A DNA stretch of 46,913 nucleotides from a virus, in UHGV virus genome UHGV-0202034. One strand, written 5' to 3'. Under the pieces are notes generated by a model that was not told the DNA's origin, made no database searches, and saw only the letters and a list, made by a program, of their open reading frames with translations. This document shows positions 34,716 through 44,588 of the stretch, in pieces; within the stretch, counting starts at the first letter, position 1, and each line of letters begins with the position of its first letter. A program made the translations under genes and the position numbers.

Positions 34716-35887
34716 TTCTTGATTTCTCTCCTCAAAACGGTCATGCAAAAATATCGGATACTATCGCACACGTGGTCGTTTTCTTTTATCACGCGGTCTT
34801 CGCCTGCGTCTTTGTCCCAGCTATAAAGGCCAAATTCCCGAAACGCGTTTTTGCAACTCTCATGGAATTTGATTATGCCACTTTTGATGCAGGCCCCCGT
34901 GAAGCGAATGCCGTCCAGCACGGCGTTGTTTGCTTTCCATACAGAAAACTTTCCGTGCCGCCGGATGCACTCGGCAAAGGACGCTGCCGATGGGTCGAGC
35001 ACGACACGCTCAATGCGGTATCCGTCCGCGAATGCCTCTAAATCCTGATAATATTCTTCGTCAGTCTTCTGCCGCCCGCTCTCGCGCCCGCTGTGGTAAT
35101 ATTCTTTCTCCATGACGGCCTTGCCGCCATATTCCCGCCACAATGCAAAGACGGTAGGGTTCTGTGTGCCGTAGTCCGATGAGATCCAGTACCGCCCCGG
35201 CCCGCCCCGCTCACTCGTGACGTTTCTGGCCCGATCAAACATTGGGTAAACCAGACCCTCGGCGATTCTCCAGAGGCCGAGAATGTAGCGGTCGTAATAA
35301 ACCGTCCCTTCGTATTCTTTTTTCAGATTTTCTTTAAAAGATTCCGGCAGGAACGGATTGTCGTCGATCGTGTATGTCTGGCTGAAAATATCCGCGTTGC
35401 TATCGAGGAATTTTTTCAGCCAGTGGTCAGGATATTGCGGATTGAACGTCCCATCAAAACAGGAGTATTCCTTATCAAGACGGCTTTTTAGCAGTGCGAA
35501 GACTTCGTCCGACCAGTCCGCGACCTCGTCGCCGTAGCAATATTTAATCGACGCGCCGCGGATCTTTGACACCTGAGAAACCTTTTCCGCACCGAGGCAA
35601 TAGCACTTTTCCCCGAAAATCCACGCTGTGTTGTCGCTGGAGATTGTTCCGACAAGCATATCGCCATACAGGTTCCGCATCGGCTCCAGCACATTTCGCT
35701 CAATCGTGGATTTTGTTACGCCGAGAATGACGGCCAGACCATCTTTTCCGATTCGCTCACGAATCCGGATCGGTATGATCCATCGAAAATCGAGGTAAGT
35801 CTTCCCACTTCTGGTGGCTCCGCCCTTGAAGTTCCATCGATGCGTCCCGTATTTTACAAATTCACGTTGTTTCGGACTTAACAGCAT
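34712..35887 (-). CDS. terL: terminase large subunit (PBSX-like)
   Basis: GATRSGKT Walker A, YGDE Walker B, DYGTQNP, DHVCDSIRY. Confidence 0.92.
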   Translation of the reverse strand: MLLSPKQREFVKYGTHRWNFKGGATRSGKTYLDFRWIIPIRIRERIGKDGLAVILGVTKSTIERNVLEPMRNLYGDMLVGTISSDNTAWIFGEKCYCLGAEKVSQVSKIRGASIKYCYGDEVADWSDEVFALLKSRLDKEYSCFDGTFNPQYPDHWLKKFLDSNADIFSQTYTIDDNPFLPESFKENLKKEYEGTVYYDRYILGLWRIAEGLVYPMFDRARNVTSERGGPGRYWISSDYGTQNPTVFALWREYGGKAVMEKEYYHSGRESGRQKTDEEYYQDLEAFADGYRIERVVLDPSAASFAECIRRHGKFSVWKANNAVLDGIRFTGACIKSGIIKFHESCKNAFREFGLYSWDKDAGEDRVIKENDHVCDSIRYFCMTVLRREIKK

Positions 35888-36278
35888 CTTGGAACTCCTT
35901 CAGCATCGAATCAAGCTTCTCCATTGTCGTCCTGTTGCGGTCGGAAGCTGCCGCGTATCGCTTCATGAGACTGTCACCGGCTTTCAGCCGGTCGGACAGC
36001 GATGCGTCCATGCCGAACTGGTCTTTGACCTCCCCGCGCATGACGGCAGTGTAAAATTTCAGAATTTCGTTGGAATCTGCGACAAGCGCCGCTTCCTGTT
36101 CGTCCAGCCTGCGCTTTATATACGCAGAAATAGCTGGTTTTGACAGGTTTTCTGCCGCAATCACTCTGCATGATGTTTCTTTGTACCCGGCCTTTTTCGC
36201 TGCTTCTGTCGCGTTCCCGGATTTCAGATATTCTTCGCAGAATCGTCTCTGCTTCGGCGTAAGCTTTTCATCCGCCAT
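35862..36278 (-). CDS. terS: terminase small subunit
   Basis: LTPKQRRFCEEYLKSGNATEAAKKAGY. Confidence 0.9.
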   Translation of the reverse strand: MADEKLTPKQRRFCEEYLKSGNATEAAKKAGYKETSCRVIAAENLSKPAISAYIKRRLDEQEAALVADSNEILKFYTAVMRGEVKDQFGMDASLSDRLKAGDSLMKRYAAASDRNRTTMEKLDSMLKEFQDAVKSETT

Positions 36279-36504
36279 CGCTGTAAAGTCCGGCCAGCAG
36301 CTTCACCACATCCGCAATCTGGTACGTTTCCAGCAGAGTGACGTTCTTCGGCTTTTCATCAGGTCGATATTCGTAAACCATGTATTTCGTCACCATCCTG
36401 TCATTTTTCGCGGAATAGGTCTGCATTTGATTGATTTTTATTTTGATTCCGTGGTACAAGAGCGCTGTTTGCAGCTTGTGTGCAAGGGCGCGCAAACTCG
36501 CCAT
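36268..36504 (-). CDS. hypothetical protein
   Basis: 78 aa, GAAAGGAG RBS. Confidence 0.6.
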   Translation of the reverse strand: MASLRALAHKLQTALLYHGIKIKINQMQTYSAKNDRMVTKYMVYEYRPDEKPKNVTLLETYQIADVVKLLAGLYSDGG

Positions 36505-36531
36505 AGCCGCTCCTTTCTGCCTCATTCTTTC

Positions 36532-36589
36532 GTTCTCGTGTCTCCGTGTGTGAATAAATATATTTATTCACACCGGAGAACACGAGAAC
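36532..36589. repeat. long imperfect palindrome upstream of the packaging operon
   Basis: GTTCTCGTG..GTGTGAATAAATA/TATTTATTCACAC..CACGAGAAC. Confidence 0.8.
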
Positions 36590-36628
36590 AGGAGGAGGTT
36601 TCCGCAGAACGCTGCGGTGCCGATGAAG

Positions 36629-36657
36629 AAGGGCGTAGAGTTGATCTCTACGCCCTT
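36629..36657 (-). terminator. hairpin at the end of the early operon
   Basis: AAGGGCGTAGAG/CTCTACGCCCTT. Confidence 0.55.
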
Positions 36658-36696
36658 ATAGTAAATGTTAAATTTGGCTCTGGGACGCAGACTTTT

Positions 36697-36987
36697 TCAT
36701 AAAAGCCCTCTTTTTTGCCCCACAAGGCGAATAAATTGCCTGTGCCACTCCTGCGCAGTGCGTTCGGACACATAAACCGCCATCGCAGCGCCCTGCAGGG
36801 TATGCGTCCGCTTCCAAAGAACCAAATCTATGAGCCGGAGTCGCTCCGCGCCGTCAACGAGCTGTTCCGTCTCTGCGATTGCATCCGCAACGGCAGCACG
36901 CTCGGCCTTCGTCATCAGCCCGCCGCCCTTATAGCTGCGGATCATCCATTTTGCATAGGCCCACCAGCCGTATCGCGGCGTGCTCAT
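36697..36987 (-). CDS. late transcriptional activator (RinA/ArpU-like)
   Basis: C-terminal HTH AAMAVYVSERTAQEW; last early gene before terS. Confidence 0.65.
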   Translation of the reverse strand: MSTPRYGWWAYAKWMIRSYKGGGLMTKAERAAVADAIAETEQLVDGAERLRLIDLVLWKRTHTLQGAAMAVYVSERTAQEWHRQFIRLVGQKRGLL

Positions 36988-37217
36988 CAGTAATGTTGCC
37001 TCCCCTCCCGCTTTGCGCGGTTCGCATCGTGCAGCGTCCGCATACAGCCCCTTGTCGTTGCATATCTCGCCGCGTCCTTTGATTGCTCCTGCTTGTATCT
37101 GTCCGCCTCCCGGCGGAATGCTATGTATCGGGTGCAGTCCGTGTGACAGCCGGTGTGCCTGTCCGCACAGCCTTTGCACGGAGCCTGCACCGGTGTAAGC
37201 CCTAGATTTCCCTGCAT
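36987..37217 (-). CDS. Cys-rich small hypothetical protein
   Basis: PCKGCADRHTGCHTDCTRY. Confidence 0.6.
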   Translation of the reverse strand: MQGNLGLTPVQAPCKGCADRHTGCHTDCTRYIAFRREADRYKQEQSKDAARYATTRGCMRTLHDANRAKREGRQHY

Positions 37218-37543
37218 TCGTCCACCCTCACACATACGCGTTTGCCGCCCACCTCGACGACGTAGCCCGTCCGGTTTGTCCTGTATTTGTATTTCTCGGC
37301 AGGATATATCCGCCCGCGAACGGGCCGCATTTCCGGGTATACCGGGATTGATCGTGTAATCAGGATCTGCACGCGCTCCGCCCGGCCCATCACAGCTTCC
37401 CTATGTGCCGTCCATGCGCACGCCTCGCTGCAAAAATTGTATTTTGCCTTGTACTTCGACGGTGCGCGCATAAACGTTTTCCCGCAGGCATCGCACGTCA
37501 GCTGCATCGGCGGTCTTGGTGGCTTCCGCTGCGTCTTGCTCAA
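37202..37543 (-). CDS. zinc-finger hypothetical protein
   Basis: CDACGK..FCSEAC. Confidence 0.55.
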   Translation of the reverse strand: MSKTQRKPPRPPMQLTCDACGKTFMRAPSKYKAKYNFCSEACAWTAHREAVMGRAERVQILITRSIPVYPEMRPVRGRIYPAEKYKYRTNRTGYVVEVGGKRVCVRVDECREI

Positions 37544-38049
37544 AGCTTTACCCCCTTTATGTACTTGTCGAAATACGTCACGGCAACGGCCATCGCCGCC
37601 CACATATCCGCAGAGAAGCCGTAAAAGAAACCGGGATCCTTTTTCGTTCCCTTTCCGAAGTTCGGCTGGCCGGGCGCGTAGCGGTCAACGAGGGCCTGCC
37701 GGATGTTTGCATCTTTGGCAGATAGCGAGCCGCACAGATCCAGTTTTTCTTCCCGGCGGAATATCCGCGTCGGCCCATATCCAGTCTGCCACAACACGGT
37801 TTGCCAGAACCGCCCAATCCAGACGCAGGTATCAAAAACCTCTTGGCCTACCGTCATGCCCATACCCGCGATCATTTCGATTGCCACGTCATGGCCATTC
37901 CCGTAAAGCTTCCGCTCAAGCATCGGCAGCAGCTCATTGTTACCTTTCTTCCCGGCCTCCAGCACGCGGCGAATTTCTTCGCCGTCGTGCTCAACCACCA
38001 CATAGCCAGATTTGATATTACCGGGGTCAATCGCCAGAATCGTTCCCAT
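37540..38049 (-). CDS. RuvC-like Holliday junction resolvase
   Basis: ILAIDPG, VAIE, DMWAAMAVA. Confidence 0.75.
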   Translation of the reverse strand: MGTILAIDPGNIKSGYVVVEHDGEEIRRVLEAGKKGNNELLPMLERKLYGNGHDVAIEMIAGMGMTVGQEVFDTCVWIGRFWQTVLWQTGYGPTRIFRREEKLDLCGSLSAKDANIRQALVDRYAPGQPNFGKGTKKDPGFFYGFSADMWAAMAVAVTYFDKYIKGVKL

Positions 38050-38215
38050 CAGGCCACCTCCTTTGTTCAAAGTCTTTGCATTCCTCTCTGGGAAAGAACC
38101 TCCGTTCCAATTCCTTCTCCGAGAACCGTTCCGCCTTGTGTTTCAAGCACCGATACGGATAAACGTAGTTCTTTCTGTATTCCAGATTTTTGCATGTCAA
38201 GCAGCAATCCTGCAT
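38027..38215 (-). CDS. small Cys-rich hypothetical protein
   Basis: CCLTCK..C; GGAGG RBS. Confidence 0.45.
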   Translation of the reverse strand: MQDCCLTCKNLEYRKNYVYPYRCLKHKAERFSEKELERRFFPREECKDFEQRRWPDGNDSGD

Positions 38216-38259
38216 CAGCTTTCCTCCTTTCGCACTGCCGCGCGCAAACCGCAGCCCGC

Positions 38260-38565
38260 TCATTCGGCAGCACCATCCATCTTCGCCCCGCAGCCGGGGC
38301 AGTGTTTCGGCAGGCAATCCGGGTTATCCGTGCCGTCGTCGATGCAGTATCCGCATTGAGAGCAATGCCACACATCAAGCACAATCTCGCCGTCTGCGTA
38401 TCCGTCGCCCTCACCTTCCCACTGCCCATACACCACCTCCGCAACGTCGGCAGCGGGCAGGCGGAGCAGAAGCGTTTTTACCCGCGTAGGCGTCCAGTTC
38501 GGGTTCCTTGCGTTGCAGGCTTCAAAATCTTCCAGCGACTCCGCGCGGCTGATATAATCAGTCAT
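38260..38565 (-). CDS. zinc-ribbon hypothetical protein
   Basis: PAADVAEV, CSQCG, CPGCGAKMD. Confidence 0.7.
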   Translation of the reverse strand: MTDYISRAESLEDFEACNARNPNWTPTRVKTLLLRLPAADVAEVVYGQWEGEGDGYADGEIVLDVWHCSQCGYCIDDGTDNPDCLPKHCPGCGAKMDGAAE

Positions 38566-38758
38566 AATCCATATACTCCCTTCCGATTCTGTTTTGCATT
38601 TCATACGGCAATGCAAGAAGCGGTGTGCATCTACTCAGGATTTCCGCTTTCAAAAGCCGCTCCGCCTGCCTCTTGGTCAGCTGCGGCTCTCGCTTCTTCG
38701 GCGGCAGCTCGCCTTTTGCCGCCGCAATGGCGACCGGGTTGTGTTTATGTTGGCCCAT
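38558..38758 (-). CDS. hypothetical protein
   Basis: MGQHKHNP; GGAGG RBS. Confidence 0.55.
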   Translation of the reverse strand: MGQHKHNPVAIAAAKGELPPKKREPQLTKRQAERLLKAEILSRCTPLLALPYEMQNRIGREYMDYD

Positions 38759-38978
38759 CGTCCCGCACCTCCACATATGCCTTTTCCAGCAGCTCGTCAA
38801 CGTCCGTCTCGTCGCTGCAGGCCAGGAAATCCCCGTTCTCATCAAAATACAGATATGCGGTATAAGGCCGTGCCTCGATCCCTGCATACTTTTTGAGCAG
38901 ATCGTGCACCTCTTCCACGCCGAAAGCGCTGGCGTCTTCAATCTCCTCCCTCTGGGCTTTTGTGATGTATTTAGCCAT
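38745..38978 (-). CDS. hypothetical acidic protein
   Basis: MAKYITK; coupled to neighbours. Confidence 0.55.
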   Translation of the reverse strand: MAKYITKAQREEIEDASAFGVEEVHDLLKKYAGIEARPYTAYLYFDENGDFLACSDETDVDELLEKAYVEVRDDGPT

Positions 38979-39489
38979 CTTTCTTGCCCTCCATTTCCTG
39001 CAAAGCCTTCTCGGCTTCTTCGTGGGTGAGGAAAACGGTCTTACCAAAATTTCTAATATCGGTTGAGAGCGCTGCCCTATCACTACTTTCGTAAGTATTG
39101 TAGAAAAATGGCGCTGCAATTTCTTTTACAACTCGTTTTTCAACGCCAAACCTAGTCACGGCATACAGTGTATCTCCTTTTTTGGCAGGTAGAACAATAA
39201 CTCTTCCGTCCTTGTCGGCCTCGGCAAGCTTGCGGATGTGCTTGAGCAATGTAAGCTGCTCAGTCAGCGTTTTTGATTCTTTCAGCGCGTAATCGAACAG
39301 CTCTCCTAGCGCAGTTACCTCTTTTGGCGTCAGCCCCGTATCCTCGTATGCCGCGAGTCGCTCACACACCGCTATTTCAAACGGGCAATCCTTGATTTTG
39401 CACCCGCTGCCGTAGCACGGTTCTTTGAAGCAGCGCGGATAATAGGCGTGTTTATACGATGATTCGTTCCATTTAGTCAGTCGTTCCAT
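38971..39489 (-). CDS. hypothetical protein
   Basis: RLAAYEDTGLTP, FGKTVFLT motifs. Confidence 0.7.
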   Translation of the reverse strand: MERLTKWNESSYKHAYYPRCFKEPCYGSGCKIKDCPFEIAVCERLAAYEDTGLTPKEVTALGELFDYALKESKTLTEQLTLLKHIRKLAEADKDGRVIVLPAKKGDTLYAVTRFGVEKRVVKEIAAPFFYNTYESSDRAALSTDIRNFGKTVFLTHEEAEKALQEMEGKKDG

Positions 39490-40073
39490 ATCTCTTCCTC
39501 CACATACCGCCAGCTCTGCGGCGGGCGGGTGATTGGCTTTGGTTTTGCCTTGAGCGCTACCTCTACCTCATTTGGCACAGCGTAAAATTCCCGCAGTTCG
39601 CGCGGGGTGTCGTAAATCCTGAGGTTGGATATATGCCAGCCGTAGCCGACGCCGCCGTCCAGATACTTCTCCAGCTCGTCTTTTGTCAGGCAGGCATCCG
39701 CAAGAAGCGTATCAAGTGGTGTGCAGTCCATGTTCCAATCGCAGATGCAATATTTCGGCGGTTCACAGATTGCTCCTACTCTGACGATCCTTTCAAAAAT
39801 GTCGTCGCATACAAATTCACCGATGATCTTGCCATTCCCCCGATATGCTCCGCCGCATTTAGCAGCCTTGAAAACATCCGCTATTTTATCAGGATGGAGA
39901 TACCGTTCCCTTTCCTTCAAAATCCAAAGCATATCAGCGCTCTGCGTGCAGTAGATATAGCACTTAAACGGCGTATCCATCTTCGGGCGCGTCTTGCGCA
40001 CCTCGATCGCCTTCTGCCCGTTGATGATCTTCTCACACCACTCCGGGCGGATGCTGATTAAAACAGCTATCAT
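39477..40073 (-). CDS. ASCH-domain protein
   Basis: LISIRPEWCEKIINGQKAIEVRKT; PPQSWRY. Confidence 0.75.
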   Translation of the reverse strand: MIAVLISIRPEWCEKIINGQKAIEVRKTRPKMDTPFKCYIYCTQSADMLWILKERERYLHPDKIADVFKAAKCGGAYRGNGKIIGEFVCDDIFERIVRVGAICEPPKYCICDWNMDCTPLDTLLADACLTKDELEKYLDGGVGYGWHISNLRIYDTPRELREFYAVPNEVEVALKAKPKPITRPPQSWRYVEEEIWND

Positions 40074-40462
40074 GCCTTTTCTCCTTCCTCCGGCGCGTCC
40101 GGCAGCGGCATCCAGTGGGTGACAGTGCACGGTATCGCCATGCACAACCATCTTTTGCCCTTCGCGTGATAGTTGCCAATATCTGCACCAAACTCTGGGG
40201 TGTAAATCATGTAATTTACAAGTACGCCGTCTTCGTCTTTCCAAGCCTCCGGCAGTCTGTCCTCCACGCTAATCCACTGCGGCACTTTCTCCCGCAGCGC
40301 CGCGTTCTCGGCGGTCAGGCGCTCGATCACGTTAGCAGCCGCAAACTCGATGTATTCCCGCCGATCTTGGATTTCTCCGACCTTGCAGTTTTCGCACGCG
40401 TCGTCGTGTCCAAGCCCCTTCGCGCAGCACCGCAGCGCCTGCACGATTTCCTTGTCTGTCAT
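40070..40462 (-). CDS. DUF551-like protein
   Basis: WISVEDRLPE..VTHWMPLP. Confidence 0.75.
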   Translation of the reverse strand: MTDKEIVQALRCCAKGLGHDDACENCKVGEIQDRREYIEFAAANVIERLTAENAALREKVPQWISVEDRLPEAWKDEDGVLVNYMIYTPEFGADIGNYHAKGKRWLCMAIPCTVTHWMPLPDAPEEGEKA

Positions 40463-41334
40463 AGCGTGTCCTCCTCCATTCCTTCAAGAACCATTTGTCC
40501 CGGCAGCACGCCGTCTTCCATCCACCAGTGCATCACGTCTTCGCCCGTCTGCCACGCGCACGGAAGTTCTCGCTTGCGCCGTTCCGTAAGCATCCTGTCA
40601 AACGCCCGGACATACGCCGCCTTGATCTTCGGATAGCGCGAGAACTCCGTGCTTCTGTGTTTCCTTGCCATTGGGCACCCGACGCACCCCACGCGCTTCC
40701 ATCCGCATTCATACAGCGGATTCATGCAGATTTCTTCCTCTTTCGCGTACCCCCAAACGTCAGCGTCCGTCCAGTCAATGATTGGATTTACAATCCGTTT
40801 CCCTTTGAGCTGGCAATTCTCCATCATCCTGCGGCTTTCGTCGTTGTCGTTCATCAGTGTTAGGCGTTTTGATATATCCCAATGCAAAACTTCCAGCGCA
40901 CCGCGGTTCTTCCGTTTCACTGATTCTGCCCAGCGCACACCGGTTGCAATAAATCTGTTTCCTGCGCCGCCCTCTTTAAGCTCCGAGCAACAGTACCTCA
41001 TCCAACGTGTCGGCGGCATGAGCTTGCGCGGAATCAAATTCCACATCGTCACGTTCCCGCCGTCCGGCGTCCGGTGCGTATCGATGGTGCATTTTACGCC
41101 TGCCAGCTCCAAGCGGCGGAAGGTATCCCGCACATGCCAGACGGTCTCCGGCGCGTCCGCCGTGGTCAGCGAGTGCAAAACCTCATACTGGATACCGGCT
41201 TTGCCCGCCAGATGCAAAAGCACGTCCGAGTCCTTGCCGCCCGAGTAGGTAATCACAAGCGGCTGCTTGTATACCCGCAGGGACATTTCAGCTGAAAACC
41301 GCAGCCGCTCAATCGCGGTTTGTTCTAAGTCCAT
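40459..41334 (-). CDS. PAPS reductase family protein
   Basis: [27 protein letters not shown]. Confidence 0.85.
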   Translation of the reverse strand: MDLEQTAIERLRFSAEMSLRVYKQPLVITYSGGKDSDVLLHLAGKAGIQYEVLHSLTTADAPETVWHVRDTFRRLELAGVKCTIDTHRTPDGGNVTMWNLIPRKLMPPTRWMRYCCSELKEGGAGNRFIATGVRWAESVKRKNRGALEVLHWDISKRLTLMNDNDESRRMMENCQLKGKRIVNPIIDWTDADVWGYAKEEEICMNPLYECGWKRVGCVGCPMARKHRSTEFSRYPKIKAAYVRAFDRMLTERRKRELPCAWQTGEDVMHWWMEDGVLPGQMVLEGMEEDTL

Positions 41335-42302
41335 CGGCCCAGTTCCTCCTTCAGTGCCTTAAAAATCGGGTATGCCTGCTGCGGCACTACAGCGTTTCCG
41401 AGGCATTTAAGTCTGTCCACCCTGGCGGGAATCCCATGAGCCACTCTACCCACGTCGGGTTCAGCTGCCCACCAACCTGATCGTTGATGTTGTTCGCGCG
41501 GGCCGGGTTTTCGTACCGCTTCCGCTGCCCTGTTCTGTAATCGCGCGCACACGGTGTTGCAAACATCCGCTCCATTGCCACTCTCTGCGTCAGATTGCAT
41601 TTTCCCGGATCTTTCTGCCGGCTTGGCGGCACAGATTGCAGCGTGTCTTTGTATTCGTTCGCACGCGGCGTCGGCCACAGGCTCTCCCCCTCCTGTACAG
41701 CTACCCAGTCCCGCAGGTTGCACGGCTGCTTCCGTCCTGGGCGCGATACCGTCATTTCCTTCTTCAGCGCTTCCGGCGATTTCGGCGGAAGCGCATCCAT
41801 CGTGTTCGGCGTCGGTCGCAACGAAAAACACTCTCGATCTCCTGTGCCAAGCTCCGACAGCCGCAGCCTCAAAATTAAACACGACGACGTGATAGCCAGC
41901 ACGCTCCAGATCCTTGACCACCTGCCCGGCGGCAATCTTGATGATTCCAGGTACGTTCTCACCGACAACGCAGCGCGGGCGCAGCTCGGTGATAACTCGT
42001 AGCATCTCCGGCCAGAGGTATCGATCATCCCCTTTGCCCTTTTGCTTTCCAGCCACGGAGAAGGGCTGGCAGGGGAATCCGCCGGAAATAACGTCAACTG
42101 TTCGTAGGCCTGTCCGCTCATAAAAACTCTCCTTTGTCAGCGTCCGGACATCACGCCAGCGCGGCACGTCCGGCCAGTGCTTTTCCAGCACCTTCGTCGG
42201 GTAGTCGGCAAACTCGCATTGCCCGACGGTCGTAAATCCGGCCCACTCAGCAGCCAGATCAAGCCCGCCGATCCCGGAAAACAGGCTCAGATGCGTCAGC
42301 AT
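41325..42302 (-). CDS. DNA C5-cytosine methyltransferase, large subunit
   Basis: FSGIGG (I), GGFPCQ (IV), ENV (VI), HRRSRVF (VIII), LGNAV (X). Confidence 0.9.
   Translation of the reverse strand: MLTHLSLFSGIGGLDLAAEWAGFTTVGQCEFADYPTKVLEKHWPDVPRWRDVRTLTKESFYERTGLRTVDVISGGFPCQPFSVAGKQKGKGDDRYLWPEMLRVITELRPRCVVGENVPGIIKIAAGQVVKDLERAGYHVVVFNFEAAAVGAWHRRSRVFFVATDAEHDGCASAEIAGSAEEGNDGIAPRTEAAVQPAGLGSCTGGGEPVADAACERIQRHAAICAAKPAERSGKMQSDAESGNGADVCNTVCARLQNRAAEAVRKPGPREQHQRSGWWAAEPDVGRVAHGIPARVDRLKCLGNAVVPQQAYPIFKALKEELGRWT
41387..42121 (-). CDS. nested alternative-frame methyltransferase small subunit
   Basis: xTP repeats and [17 protein letters not shown] (motif IX-like). Confidence 0.7.
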   Translation of the reverse strand: MSGQAYEQLTLFPADSPASPSPWLESKRAKGMIDTSGRRCYELSPSCARAALSVRTYLESSRLPPGRWSRIWSVLAITSSCLILRLRLSELGTGDRECFSLRPTPNTMDALPPKSPEALKKEMTVSRPGRKQPCNLRDWVAVQEGESLWPTPRANEYKDTLQSVPPSRQKDPGKCNLTQRVAMERMFATPCARDYRTGQRKRYENPARANNINDQVGGQLNPTWVEWLMGFPPGWTDLNASETL

Positions 42303-42469
42303 TTTGTTTCCTTTCCCGTCGGCGTCAGCTTCGCCAGCATGATCTGGCCGAGATCCGCAACGTACACCAGCCGCCCGCGGCTGTACACCATCAGCTTGTC
42401 GCCCTGGATCTCCATCCGGTCGGCCTCGATGTTCGTCAGATCGTGGCAGCAATCGCAAACAAATCTCAT
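42296..42469 (-). CDS. small hypothetical protein (57 aa)
   Basis: [26 protein letters not shown]; read directly. Confidence 0.55.
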   Translation of the reverse strand: MRFVCDCCHDLTNIEADRMEIQGDKLMVYSRGRLVYVADLGQIMLAKLTPTGKETKC

Positions 42470-43296
42470 GCTTTATCCTCCTTGTTTTCCGCAAGCATTC
42501 GCTCGACCGCCTCCAGCTGGAACGCATCAAGTTCGTCCTCGTGGCGCTGTACGCCATGTTGCATCCGAGCGGCGCCCTTTGACACTGGCCCCATTACTCT
42601 GTCCACGGCTGCGCGTTCTAGTGGATTCAGCTCGTCGTGGTGCCCCTGCACGCCGTAGCCGGGCTTTGCAGCGCGGCCAAGCGCCGCAGGGCGTGTGCTG
42701 GCCTCTTTCAGCCAGTCAAACACGATCCCCTTGTAATTTGCGGCCATAGAGCGGGTTATCACGTCGATCATTGCAGCCTCGCCATATTCCTCTGCGGCTT
42801 TTGTGATCTGTGTGACAAGGCTTTGCAGGCCGACAGGCTTATACTCCTCCCGTCGTTCTCCCTTGTATGCCACCCATTTTTCAACGGATTCGCGCAGTGT
42901 GGGGGGAAGGGGGGAAAGAATACTGTCCTTGTCCTTTTCCTTTGTCCTTGTCCTTTGTCCATAGCTTTTTTTGCTTTCCTCGGAAAGCATTTGCTTTTTT
43001 TGCTTTTCGTTGCTTTCGTCAAAAGCATTTGCTTTTTCGGATTCAGGCCGACCGCCCTGCTTTCCTGCCTCGCTTCTGGACGCGGAGACGGCCTTTTGCG
43101 CCGCTACGGATTCGTCAATGTCCCGTCGAATCGCAGGCCAAATGAAACGTTCACTCCCGCTGAACTCTGGCTCTGCTCCCGACTCGCGATAATCCATCGC
43201 GGCCAGCACCAAGCGCCCCACCTCAGCGGCACTGTACGCCTCGAAATAGCTCCTGTAACTCAGCCACAGCTTGACGTATTCCCTTTTATCTCCCAT
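42466..43296 (-). CDS. replication initiator-like protein
   Basis: follows ssb; [19 protein letters not shown]; internal A/T repeats. Confidence 0.65.
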   Translation of the reverse strand: MGDKREYVKLWLSYRSYFEAYSAAEVGRLVLAAMDYRESGAEPEFSGSERFIWPAIRRDIDESVAAQKAVSASRSEAGKQGGRPESEKANAFDESNEKQKKQMLSEESKKSYGQRTRTKEKDKDSILSPLPPTLRESVEKWVAYKGERREEYKPVGLQSLVTQITKAAEEYGEAAMIDVITRSMAANYKGIVFDWLKEASTRPAALGRAAKPGYGVQGHHDELNPLERAAVDRVMGPVSKGAARMQHGVQRHEDELDAFQLEAVERMLAENKEDKA

Positions 43297-43306
43297 CCGT
43301 CAGCCC

Positions 43307-43762
43307 TCAGAACGGAAGCTCGTTTTTGTCGCCGATCTCCATCTGCGGCATATCCGGCGCAGAGAACGGAACCGGCGTTGTGCTCGGCAGCGGCTTGAAC
43401 TCCGAAGAGGCCGGTGCAGCGGCAGAAGCATTCTGCCCGTCCCGCTTGCTGTCGCCGAAATAAACGCTTTCTGCGACGATCTCGGCAGTCTTGCGCTTGT
43501 TCCCGTCCTTGTCTTCCCAGTTGCGGATCTGCAAGCGGCCAGAAACGACAGCCATGCGGCCCTTTGAGAAATACTTGCTGACGAACTCAGCCGTGCCGCG
43601 CCATGCGACGATATCCACGAAGTCCGTTTCCTTCTCCGCGCCCTGCGCCGCGAAATCGCGGTCGCAGGCAAGCGTGAAGGATGCAACGGAGTTTCCACTT
43701 TGCGTCTGCCGAAGCTCCGGGTCACGGGTCAGGCGGCCCATCAGGACGATTTTATTCAGCAT
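43307..43762 (-). CDS. ssb: single-stranded DNA-binding protein
   Basis: MLNKIVLMGRLTRDPELR; C-terminal LPF. Confidence 0.95.
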   Translation of the reverse strand: MLNKIVLMGRLTRDPELRQTQSGNSVASFTLACDRDFAAQGAEKETDFVDIVAWRGTAEFVSKYFSKGRMAVVSGRLQIRNWEDKDGNKRKTAEIVAESVYFGDSKRDGQNASAAAPASSEFKPLPSTTPVPFSAPDMPQMEIGDKNELPF

Positions 43763-44588
43763 TTGCGTTGCCCTCCATGACCTCACCTGTAGTCTGGTCA
43801 ACAGGCATATTGTCTACCATTTCCGCATCTGCGACAACAGTAGGAACGCTGAACATATCGTCGCTGATCTCCGTCTTGACTGTGCTGTCCTGTGCGATCT
43901 GCCGAACAAATTCGGACTTCATCGGCGCGTATTTAAGAACCTTTTTCAGGACAGTCTTCTTCGCCATTTCCTCGAAATTGGTCTGCCACGGGCCGGAGCC
44001 GTATGCCTTGCTGTACTTCTGCGCATGGGCGCGAACATCGTCCAGCGTCATGATCTCGAAGCCGTAGCCGCCGTCCTTTGTTTTGAACATCGCCCAGACG
44101 TTCACCGGGTCGCCGCGATCTCCGTTCAGCTTCGGGATAAATTTCAGGCTGCATTCCGTGCCGTACTCGGCAATCAGCGTGTCGTTTGAGTGTCCGACTT
44201 GTGCTTGGATCGTCTGGATCTCGCCGGAGCGGTATGCAAGATCAATCATGCCTTTGTACCCAAGCTGGAACTGACATTCAAGACGGTTCTGCTTCCCGTT
44301 CCAATACGGGATCAAGTATGCCTGCCCAAGCGGCGTGTTCGGCTCCAAGCCAAGCTGCGCGGCAGTCATCATCGCGCCGAGGAAAGATTGCGGTGTACAC
44401 TGCGCCAGTTTTGGATTCGTGGAAAGCGCGGAAAGCGTGATCCGCGTGAACCGTTCCGGCGTCATAACGGAGGGAAGCGCTTTCTTGATCTCACCCTCCA
44501 TCTGCTTGATATACTGCTGCATTGTCGGATTTCCGCCGCTCTGTGCCTTCATTGCCGTCTGCGAGGTTGCCTGCTGGATTTTGTTCAT
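43752..44588 (-). CDS. recT: RecT recombinase
   Basis: AAQLGLEP, QLGYKGMIDLA, MAKKTVLK. Confidence 0.92.
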   Translation of the reverse strand: MNKIQQATSQTAMKAQSGGNPTMQQYIKQMEGEIKKALPSVMTPERFTRITLSALSTNPKLAQCTPQSFLGAMMTAAQLGLEPNTPLGQAYLIPYWNGKQNRLECQFQLGYKGMIDLAYRSGEIQTIQAQVGHSNDTLIAEYGTECSLKFIPKLNGDRGDPVNVWAMFKTKDGGYGFEIMTLDDVRAHAQKYSKAYGSGPWQTNFEEMAKKTVLKKVLKYAPMKSEFVRQIAQDSTVKTEISDDMFSVPTVVADAEMVDNMPVDQTTGEVMEGNANAE

